From contig JAUXSK010000009.1 in the NCBI GenBank assembly GCA_030679995.1, positions 1 through 52,560 on the forward strand: a DNA stretch of 52,560 bases. Direction: 5' to 3'. Position 1 is the stretch's first letter; each line of letters starts with the position of its first letter. The position numbers were made by a program, and so were the translations under genes. This document shows positions 8,277 to 15,040 of the stretch, in pieces. Under the pieces are notes generated by a model. The model did no database searches. It saw only the letters and a list, made by a program, of their open reading frames with translations, and was not told the origin of the DNA. The stretch comes from Candidatus Moraniibacteriota bacterium. Lineage in GTDB: Bacteria > Patescibacteriota > Minisyncoccia > Moranbacterales > UBA2206.

Positions 8277-8549
8277 ATGAAAAGAAAAAAATATGATTTG
8301 GATGAACGGCTGAGGAGTCAGGTCATCGTCGGACTAGAAGAGGAAAGGGATGGATTATTTGTATGGAATATGGCTGGTACAATGTTTTTTTTGGTGATGG
8401 CCGTATTCCTGTATAACATCTTCCCTGTTTTTAAAAGCGGTTATTTTATACTGGGGATGATGATGATAGGATTTTTCATTCCGTACCCCTTAGTTTTCCT
8501 AAGGAGGAAACTAAAAAGAAAAAGAAAAAATCATCACTGTATCAAATGA
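8277..8549 (+). CDS. Small membrane protein (two predicted TM helices), hypothetical
   Basis: 90 aa with two hydrophobic stretches and a basic C-terminus. It starts 5 nt after ileS. Confidence 0.5.
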   Translation: MKRKKYDLDERLRSQVIVGLEEERDGLFVWNMAGTMFFLVMAVFLYNIFPVFKSGYFILGMMMIGFFIPYPLVFLRRKLKRKRKNHHCIK

Positions 8550-8556
8550 TGATTAC

Positions 8557-8595
8557 AGTCCTGCCGGCGCGTGCGCCAGCAGGACTAGTTTTTTT
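8557..8595 (+). terminator. Intrinsic terminator
   Basis: GC-rich stem agtcctgc-c-ggcgc / gcgcc-a-gcaggact, followed by agttttttt. Confidence 0.75.
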
Positions 8596-8626
8596 CTCTA
8601 GGCGGATAAGGTATAATCGAAGCATT

Positions 8627-9355
8627 ATGGAATATAAATATAACGGCATAATTTTAAACAAAAAGGACGTCGGAGAGGTCGACCGCATCTATACGATTTA
8701 TACCCTTGAAGCCGGCAAAATCCGCGTATTGGGCAAAGGGGTCAGGAAGCCCAACGCCAAATTGGCGGGCAATCTGGAATCAGTCACGCAAGCGGAAATT
8801 TTTCTGGCCAAGAGCCGCGGGATGGGAAAGATAACCGGTTCGATCGTCATCGGCAATTTCGCCAATATCAAGGCGGATCTGGATTTGGTCAATAAGGTTT
8901 TTTATGTTTTTAAAATATTGGCCCGACTTATTTCCGATGAGGAAAAAGATGAAAATATTTTCCGGCTTTTGGAAAAATATTTGGCGGTTATGGATGGCTT
9001 ATCCGGCGAGGAAGATAGGGCCGGCATCATAACTATCGGATTGATGTTTAAGATATTGGATGAGATGGGCTATCGATTAGAAGTGGAGAAATGCGTGTAT
9101 TGCGAAAAGAAATTGCTTTTGGAAAAAAATTATTTCAGCATCGCGCGCGGAGGAGTGCTGTGCGCCAAGTGTTTCCAGTTTGAAAATAAAAAAATTCCGG
9201 TCAGCAATGAATCCATCAAGCTTATCCGGATATTTTTACAGAACAAGCTGGAGAATCTGATAAAATTAAGGGCATCCCGGCAGGAAATCAACCGGCTCCA
9301 GGTGGTCCTGGGAGAAGCGTTGGATTGGGTGGGTGGTTCCAATATCCGGTTGTGA
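8627..9355 (+). CDS. recO: DNA repair protein RecO
   Basis: The start is placed at MEYKYNGIILNKKDVGE (OB-fold N-terminus). A CxxC...CxxC zinc motif is present (CVYCEKK...LCAKC). The ORF opens upstream at 8546, across the terminator. Confidence 0.8.
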   Translation: MEYKYNGIILNKKDVGEVDRIYTIYTLEAGKIRVLGKGVRKPNAKLAGNLESVTQAEIFLAKSRGMGKITGSIVIGNFANIKADLDLVNKVFYVFKILARLISDEEKDENIFRLLEKYLAVMDGLSGEEDRAGIITIGLMFKILDEMGYRLEVEKCVYCEKKLLLEKNYFSIARGGVLCAKCFQFENKKIPVSNESIKLIRIFLQNKLENLIKLRASRQEINRLQVVLGEALDWVGGSNIRL

Positions 9356-9408
9356 CGATAATTTTATGAATTTGACCGGTGGTCGCGGCAGAATCATCCG
9401 CCGCAGGT

Positions 9409-9437
9409 TTGATTAGCTGGCCGTTTTTTGGTATGAT
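9409..9437 (+). promoter_or_regulatory. Predicted promoter
   Basis: TTGATT, 17-nt spacer, TATGAT, with an extended -10 TG at 9429-9430. Confidence 0.4.
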
Positions 9438-9475
9438 TCAATCAAGAAATTAAAAAGCTATATCGCTGGCGAACT

Positions 9476-11383
9476 ATGTCTCTTTCAGAAATAAAAAACA
9501 AGCTATATAAAAAAGATCCGGATAAGAATCTGATGCTTCACGATGAAAGCGAGTTCGATGCGAGGAATAAGAATGTAGCTCCAGGCAAGACTGGTGCGGA
9601 TATGGAAGATATTTGGCGGCGGCAGGCTCCGATTCCGCTTGAAAAGAAAAAAAACGTTTTGAAAATAGGTGGAATCATTCTAGGTGCAGTGGTCGTTATC
9701 ATCTTGTCGATGGTAGCGGTCTATCAGATACGCAAGGCTTCATTCGGCGAGGACCGGGTCACGGTCACTGTTGACGGTCCGAAAGAAACAAGAAGCGGGA
9801 AATTGCTGACATACGAAATAACATATAACAATAATAATTGGGCGTCATTGGATGACGCGGTGCTTAGGATAAGCCACCCGGAAAGTTTCAAGCCCGAAGA
9901 AAGCGCGGTCTATAAAACGGAAAGCCCGACGGTCAGTCTGGTCGAGCTGGGAAAATTGGACGGGCATGCGGCCGGCAAAATCGTTTTCAGCGGTCGGGCC
10001 TATAGTCCCAAGGGAACTTTGATGTACATAAAATCCGCTTTGTCATATAAGCCGTCCAATTTCAATAGCCAATTTGTAGCGGAGGGGCAAATCGGAGTCA
10101 ATGTGATTTCTACGCCTATGACATTGGAAATTATGGCTCCGCAAGGTATGGCGAGCGGAGATGCCCTGGATTACCAAGTGAGTTATAAAAACGTAGGCGC
10201 CGAAGATTTCGAAAATATCCGGATCAAAGTCGATTTTCCGGAGGGCTTCATTTTTTCCAAATCCGACCCGTCGGTTTCGGAAGGGAACAATATCTGGTAT
10301 ATCGGACATCTTTCCGCCGGAGACGCCGGGAAAATCGTAATCAGCGGTAAGCTGCAAGGCGAGCGGGATAATATCAAAAAAGTCGCAGTTTATATCGGTA
10401 CTATCAACCAAGGGCAATTTGTCACTTATAATGAGGAATCGACAACTACCAAGATCGCCGCATCGCCTTTGGTGATTTATCAAACAGTCAACGGGTCGAC
10501 GAATTTTTTCGCCAATGCGGGGGACACCCTCAGGTTTGAAATACATTATAAAAATGCGAGCGATCTCGGTCTGGGCAATGTCAATATTAAAGAAACCTTG
10601 AATAGTCCGGTTTTGGATTATTCGACTCTGGAAACGGATGGCGGAGCCTATGATACCGATAACCGGACGATCGAATGGAAGGCTGCGGATCATCCCGCGC
10701 TGGCCAATTTGGCCCCCGGACAGGAGGGTACGATCGCTTTTTCGGTCGATGTCAGCAACACTATTCCGTTGCAAACCGTAAACGATAAGAATTTTGTGAT
10801 TTCAAGCGTCGTGCGGATCGACAGTCCGGACATTCCTACTCCGATCGAGATGAATAAGATCGTAGCCGGCAATAAGATGGATATAAAATTGAATTCTAAA
10901 TTGACTGTCGATGTCAAAGGCTATTATAACGATCCTTTCATCTCCAACGCTGGTCCGATTCCGCCGGCTGTCGGGCAGGAAACGACCTATACGATCCATT
11001 TGAGAGCTGGTAACGTTTCCAACGATGTGACGGATGCCAAGATCGAAACTGTCTTGCCGACAGGCGTCGTAATGACAGGCAAGACATATCCGGAAGGCGC
11101 CAATCTTGAATATAATGGACGGACGAATTCGATAGTCTGGAATATCGGTACGATGAAAGTCGGGGAGGGTATCATAAGCCCTTTGCGGGAAGTGGCCTTC
11201 CAAGTGAAGATCAAACCATCGCCCAATCAGGCGGGTCAGATGGTGGATATTTTGCAATCTGGGATATTTTCGGCCAAAGACTCATTCACGCAGGAAAATT
11301 TGACCGCGCAATTCAAGAGTAAAAACACGATGTTGCAAGAGGACCAGTCCATTGACGCTAGCGGATGGAAAGTAGTACAATAG
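9476..11383 (+). CDS. Membrane-anchored surface protein with repeated DUF11/CARDB-like Ig-fold domains
   Basis: 635 aa. There is an N-terminal TM helix (GGIILGAVVVIILSMVAVY), then repeated ~110-aa beta-rich modules of the form (...Y.ITY.N.G...L.NV.I...P...). Confidence 0.7.
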   Translation: MSLSEIKNKLYKKDPDKNLMLHDESEFDARNKNVAPGKTGADMEDIWRRQAPIPLEKKKNVLKIGGIILGAVVVIILSMVAVYQIRKASFGEDRVTVTVDGPKETRSGKLLTYEITYNNNNWASLDDAVLRISHPESFKPEESAVYKTESPTVSLVELGKLDGHAAGKIVFSGRAYSPKGTLMYIKSALSYKPSNFNSQFVAEGQIGVNVISTPMTLEIMAPQGMASGDALDYQVSYKNVGAEDFENIRIKVDFPEGFIFSKSDPSVSEGNNIWYIGHLSAGDAGKIVISGKLQGERDNIKKVAVYIGTINQGQFVTYNEESTTTKIAASPLVIYQTVNGSTNFFANAGDTLRFEIHYKNASDLGLGNVNIKETLNSPVLDYSTLETDGGAYDTDNRTIEWKAADHPALANLAPGQEGTIAFSVDVSNTIPLQTVNDKNFVISSVVRIDSPDIPTPIEMNKIVAGNKMDIKLNSKLTVDVKGYYNDPFISNAGPIPPAVGQETTYTIHLRAGNVSNDVTDAKIETVLPTGVVMTGKTYPEGANLEYNGRTNSIVWNIGTMKVGEGIISPLREVAFQVKIKPSPNQAGQMVDILQSGIFSAKDSFTQENLTAQFKSKNTMLQEDQSIDASGWKVVQ

Positions 11384-11384
11384 T

Positions 11385-12557
11385 TTGACGATTATGAAAG
11401 ATAATTTTGAAATAATTTCGCAAGGCGCTTTTGCCAGAGTCGGAAAACTTAGGACTAAAAACGGAGAAATCAACACTCCGTTTTTTATGCCGATCGCGAC
11501 CAAAGGCGCGGTTAAGAATGTTTTGCCGCGCGAGCTCAAGGAAATCGGAGCGGAAATCGCCCTGGGTAACACTTACCATTTATGGCTTCGGCCGGGGGAC
11601 GAGTTGATCGCGCGCGCCGGCGGTTTGCACCGGTTTATGGATTGGTCCGGGCCGATCCTGACCGATTCGGGCGGTTTCCAAGTTTTTTCATTGGGTGCGC
11701 GCGCCAAAAAGAACTTCGGGAAAAACGGAGTGCGTCTGACTGAAGAAGGTGTCTATTTCACCGATCCGGTCAATGGCAAAGAGCATTTTATGAGTCCGGA
11801 GAAATCGATTGAGATCCAATTGAATCTTGGATCGGATATCATTATGGTTTTGGATGAATGTCCGCCGTATCCTGCGACTTATGAGTATGCGAAAAAATCT
11901 TTGGAATTGACCACACGTTGGGCGGCGCGCTGTTTCAAATATTTCTATGGATATGTTGATAAAAACAAGGACAAATATGAAAACGGACGGCCGTTGTTAT
12001 TTTGCATAGTGCAAGGTTCGGTCTATGAAGATCTGCGTGAGGAATCGGCCCGGCAATTGTCGCAGTTGGATTTCGCCGCGCTGGGCGGTCCGGCGGACGG
12101 CTGGAACGGTTACGCGATCGGCGGGGTGGCGGTCGGGGAACCGCGGGAGAAGATGTATGATATTTTGCGCTGGGTAGTGCCGGTCTTGCCGGAAAACAAA
12201 CCACGCTACTTGATGGGGCTCGGCAAGCCGGAAGAAATCGTGGCGGCGGTGGGAGCGGGCGTGGATATGTTCGATTGCGTCATCCCGACGCGGGAAGGCC
12301 GGCACGGGCGCTTGTTTATCCGGAAGCACGATGATTTATCCAAAGCGGATTTTTACGAAACCATCAATATCAACAATGAAAAATTCAAAGAAGATTTTTC
12401 TCCGGTCGATGCCCGATGTGATTGTATGCTTTGCCGGAACTATACCCGGGCCTATCTGCGCTATCTCTTTTCCGTCAAAGAACTGCTGGCGCTCAAGCTG
12501 GCCGCCGTCCATAATTTGAAATTCTATCTGGACCTGATGGACGGGTTGAAAAAATAA
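11385..12557 (+). CDS. tgt: Queuine tRNA-ribosyltransferase
   Basis: Contains LGNTYHL, DSGGFQV, GGVAVGE and DCVIPTR motifs and the C-terminal CxCxxC...H zinc site. Confidence 0.93.
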   Translation: MTIMKDNFEIISQGAFARVGKLRTKNGEINTPFFMPIATKGAVKNVLPRELKEIGAEIALGNTYHLWLRPGDELIARAGGLHRFMDWSGPILTDSGGFQVFSLGARAKKNFGKNGVRLTEEGVYFTDPVNGKEHFMSPEKSIEIQLNLGSDIIMVLDECPPYPATYEYAKKSLELTTRWAARCFKYFYGYVDKNKDKYENGRPLLFCIVQGSVYEDLREESARQLSQLDFAALGGPADGWNGYAIGGVAVGEPREKMYDILRWVVPVLPENKPRYLMGLGKPEEIVAAVGAGVDMFDCVIPTREGRHGRLFIRKHDDLSKADFYETININNEKFKEDFSPVDARCDCMLCRNYTRAYLRYLFSVKELLALKLAAVHNLKFYLDLMDGLKK

Positions 12558-12569
12558 GCCGGTCTGAGC

Positions 12570-12598
12570 TTGACAAAGCCTCTCAGACCTGCTATAAT
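12570..12598 (+). promoter_or_regulatory. Perfect-consensus sigma70 promoter
   Basis: TTGACA (12570-12575), 17-nt spacer, TATAAT (12593-12598). The 8-bp inverted repeat ggtctgag (12561-12568) / ctcagacc (12582-12589) brackets the -35 element. Confidence 0.6.
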
Positions 12599-12604
12599 GG
12601 TTAC

Positions 12605-12647
12605 ATATGACGGGTGAATCTCCTTGCGGAGAACCCGTTTTTATTTT
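12605..12647 (+). ncRNA. Candidate very short terminated transcript (sRNA or attenuator)
   Basis: The predicted TSS is about 12605. The hairpin is acgggt...tctcc-ttgc-ggaga...acccgt (12610-12638), followed by ttttatttt. The family is unknown. Confidence 0.3.
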
Positions 12648-12771
12648 GGAAGCCCTAGGTTTCCATAAAAAACAAAAATAAAAATCAAAACAAAAAAGAG
12701 GTAAAAAATCAAAATCAAGGGATTCCTTGGTTTGCTCCCGTCCCATGCGGACAGGGAACTCATAAGAATCA

Positions 12772-12801
12772 AACCCCGTTTATCGGGGTTATTCTTTTTT
12801 T
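12772..12801 (+). terminator. Intrinsic terminator
   Basis: Stem aaccccg / cggggtt with loop tttat, followed by attcttttttt. Confidence 0.65.
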
Positions 12802-12804
12802 AAA

Positions 12805-12834
12805 ATAAAAAATCGCCCCAAGCGGAGCGATTTT
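12805..12834 (-). terminator. Intrinsic terminator of the 97-aa minus-strand gene
   Basis: On the minus strand the sequence reads aatcgc...gcgatt, followed by ttttttatttt. Confidence 0.5.
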
Positions 12835-12847
12835 AAGAAAATGCCGA

Positions 12848-13141
12848 TTAAATTTCCGATAGGATAGTGTAAACAGAATCCTGTTTGATCTTTATCACAG
12901 CTAATTGGCCAAATACGGCTTTGTCGGGAAGGGCTTGGGCATCTTCAAGAATGAAGACGGGTTGATATGAATTTGTCATTATGGTCATTTCGTCCCCACT
13001 GACGGTACATTTGATGTAGGCTTCGACTGTGAGGGATATGCCGATGGAAGTGCTGCTTTTTCCGGCCGCTTTCAAAGAAGGGGCGGATAATAAAAGCAAA
13101 GTCGCCAAGAAAAAAATAAATATGGTTAATTTGTGATTCAT
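12848..13141 (-). CDS. Small secreted protein, hypothetical
   Basis: 97 aa with a clear signal peptide (LTIFIFFLATLLLLSAPSLKA-AG). Confidence 0.55.
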   Translation of the reverse strand: MNHKLTIFIFFLATLLLLSAPSLKAAGKSSTSIGISLTVEAYIKCTVSGDEMTIMTNSYQPVFILEDAQALPDKAVFGQLAVIKIKQDSVYTILSEI

Positions 13142-13219
13142 AGGGGCTTTTTAATTGAACAGAAGAGTCTAGCACATTTTTATGTTTTTGTCAAGACAAA
13201 GGGGTATGGGCGCCCTGCG

Positions 13220-13248
13220 TTGACCGGGCAAGAAAAAGGGAGTAGATT
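13220..13248 (+). promoter_or_regulatory. Predicted promoter giving a leaderless U32 mRNA
   Basis: TTGACC (13220-13225), 17-nt spacer, TAGATT (13243-13248). The ATG at 13256 lies 7 nt after the -10 element. Confidence 0.4.
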
Positions 13249-13255
13249 GAAGTGT

Positions 13256-14587
13256 ATGAAAAAAATCGAACTGTTGGCTCCGGCCGGCAATCTGGAAAAA
13301 TTGAAATACGCTATCGCTTATGGCGCCGATGCGGTCTATGCCGGCGTGCCGGATTTTTCATTGCGGGTGCGGATCAATAATTTCACCCGGGAATCCTTGC
13401 GGGAAGCGGCGGAGTTCGCGCGCAAACACAAAAAGAAAATCTATATCACTTTGAATATCTATGCTCACAATGACCACCTTGAACGCGTCAAGGAACATTT
13501 GAAGTTTTTAAAGACGCTGGATATCGATGGCGTGATTGTGGCCGATCCGGGCATCATCAGGCTGGTCAAAAAACATCTGCCGAAAACGGAAATCCACCTG
13601 TCGACCCAGGCTAACGCGACCAATATCGAAGCGGTGAAATTTTGGGCGGAAATCGGAATCAAACGGATCGTTCTGGCGCGCGAAGTGACGCTGGAAGAAA
13701 TCCGTGAAATCAAGAAAGCGGTGCCGAAAATGGAATTGGAATATTTCGTGCACGGCGCGATGTGTATGAGTTATTCCGGGCGCTGTATATTATCCAAATG
13801 GATGAGCGATCGCAGCGCCAATCTGGGGGATTGCACCCAGCCTTGCCGTTGGAAATATACTGAAAAATCTAAAATCCAAAATATCAAATCCCAAATAAAT
13901 TCGAAATCACAAATCCAAAATCCAAAAAATTGTGGAAAAAATAGTAATGATGAAATATTAGCTGCTAGTGTAATTGATGATCAGAAAAGATTCGAAGTTG
14001 ATTTGGAGGAGGATCAGCACGGGACATATTTTTTCAACAGCCGGGATATGAATTTGTCCGGGCACATCCAAGACCTAGTCGAGGCGGGCGTGGACTCTTT
14101 GAAAATCGAAGGGCGGGCCAAGAGCGTGTATTATGTTTCGACCGTAGTCGGGGCGTATCGCAAGATCATCGATGCGCTGGGCAAGAAAAATTTAAAACAG
14201 ATTATCAGAAAACAACAAAAGGAATTGGACACCTTGGTGAACCGCGGTTACTCAAAAGGTTTTTTGTTGGGGAATGAGCCGGAGCATAATTTCACAGGTG
14301 GCCTGGATGGTACGGGATATAAATTCGTAGGACAGATAGAAGGGCGGCGAAAAATCGGCAATAAAATTTTCTCGGTCGTTTTTATGCACAATGGGATATC
14401 TTTGGCGGATAAATTGGAATTGGTCTCTCCGGAGGGAAGCCGAAAAATCAAACTTAAGAAAATCCTGAACCACAAAATGGAAGAGGTATCAGAGGCGCAC
14501 GGCGGACATGACAAGCGTTATTTTTTTGATTTTGATGGGAAAGAAGTTGCCAAATTTGGATTATTAAGGAAGAATGGAGATAGGTAA
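13256..14587 (+). CDS. Peptidase U32 family protein (RlhA/TrhP/YegQ-like)
   Basis: The start is at MKKIELLAPAGN. The conserved Cys cluster HGAMCMSYSGRC...GDCTQPCRWKY and the ...LKIEGR motif are present. The ORF opens upstream at 13133. Confidence 0.85.
   Translation: MKKIELLAPAGNLEKLKYAIAYGADAVYAGVPDFSLRVRINNFTRESLREAAEFARKHKKKIYITLNIYAHNDHLERVKEHLKFLKTLDIDGVIVADPGIIRLVKKHLPKTEIHLSTQANATNIEAVKFWAEIGIKRIVLAREVTLEEIREIKKAVPKMELEYFVHGAMCMSYSGRCILSKWMSDRSANLGDCTQPCRWKYTEKSKIQNIKSQINSKSQIQNPKNCGKNSNDEILAASVIDDQKRFEVDLEEDQHGTYFFNSRDMNLSGHIQDLVEAGVDSLKIEGRAKSVYYVSTVVGAYRKIIDALGKKNLKQIIRKQQKELDTLVNRGYSKGFLLGNEPEHNFTGGLDGTGYKFVGQIEGRRKIGNKIFSVVFMHNGISLADKLELVSPEGSRKIKLKKILNHKMEEVSEAHGGHDKRYFFDFDGKEVAKFGLLRKNGDR
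13865..13930 (+). repeat. In-frame copy of the AT-rich repeat inside the U32 gene
   Basis: The sequence begins aaatctaaaatccaaaatatcaaatcccaaataaattcg. It matches the reverse complement of 101-139 at about 32 of 39 positions by eye. It is translated as KSKIQNIKSQINSKSQIQNPKN. Confidence 0.7.
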
Positions 14588-14596
14588 TAAAAGTAT

Positions 14597-14669
14597 GTCC
14601 TTGTAGCTCAGTGGATAGAGCGTCTGGTTCCGGTCCAGAAGGCCGCAGGTCCGATTCCTGCCAAGGACA
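14597..14669 (+). tRNA. tRNA-Arg (anticodon CCG)
   Basis: A 73-nt manual cloverleaf. Acceptor gtccttg/caaggac, D arm gctc/gagc, anticodon stem tctgg/ccaga with loop ttCCGgt, T arm gcagg/cctgc, discriminator A. No CCA is encoded. Confidence 0.85.
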
Positions 14670-14675
14670 CCGAAT

Positions 14676-14703
14676 TTGATTTTTCAGGATTGTTTGATAT
14701 AAT
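14676..14703 (+). promoter_or_regulatory. Predicted promoter of the glyQS leader
   Basis: TTGATT, 16-nt spacer, TATAAT (14698-14703), with an extended -10 TG at 14695-14696. Confidence 0.5.
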
Positions 14704-14709
14704 GACCAT

Positions 14710-14862
14710 ATGAAGCGATGATGGGGGTTTGGCTCCCCGGAGCTGATAGGGCATAGTCAAGGCGGTTCGACGAAAGTCGGACAAATCAGGTGGAACCGCG
14801 GACCAGATAAATGGCTCGTCCTGAACATACTATTTTTATTGTATGTTTGGGATGGGCTTTTT
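14710..14862 (+). promoter_or_regulatory. T-box riboswitch leader (Gly) with intrinsic terminator
   Basis: GA-motif gcgatga near the 5' end. Candidate specifier GGC-A at 14750-14753. T-box sequence aaatcAGGTGGAACCGCGG at 14783-14801. The terminator is a 17-bp stem, 14814-14830 / 14841-14857, followed by UUUUU. The antiterminator CAGG[UGGAACC]...CCUG competes with the 5' arm of that terminator. Confidence 0.85.
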
Positions 14863-14926
14863 AAATTCTAATTATATTATAAATTCAAAAATAATTTTTA
14901 ATTATCTTGGAATTTAACTCGAACCG

Positions 14927-14991
14927 CGGATTTTATAACTGAAATTTTTCCTCATTCAACATGCCTACAGAAAAATTTCAGATAAAATCCG
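14927..14991 (+). repeat. Long AU-rich hairpin in the glyQS leader, downstream of the T-box terminator
   Basis: Left arm cggattttat(aa)ctgaaatttttc (14927-14950) pairs with right arm gaaaaatttcagataaaatccg (14970-14991). This gives about 22 bp with a 2-nt bulge and a 19-nt loop. Confidence 0.75.
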
Positions 14992-15040
14992 GATTCTCAA
15001 ACAGAAATTCCTCAAAAATTAAAAAATTATTTTAAAAAAT

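Noticed and set aside
8612-8629. A confident promoter call for recO (TATAAT at 8612-8617).
   Set aside because: No acceptable -35 element or extended -10 TG is present at the right spacing. It is mentioned only as a possible near-leaderless arrangement.
12558-12660. A preQ1 riboswitch next to tgt.
   Set aside because: The element lies downstream of tgt rather than upstream of a queuosine gene. It does not show the preQ1-I consensus as I remember it. It is kept only as an unclassified candidate sRNA.
13861-13930. The AT-rich periodic repeats (also at 1-139, 27461-27574 and 30132-30253) read as a CRISPR array.
   Set aside because: There are no regularly spaced identical direct repeats with unique spacers. 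The copies are dispersed, partly palindromic, and some lie inside coding sequence.
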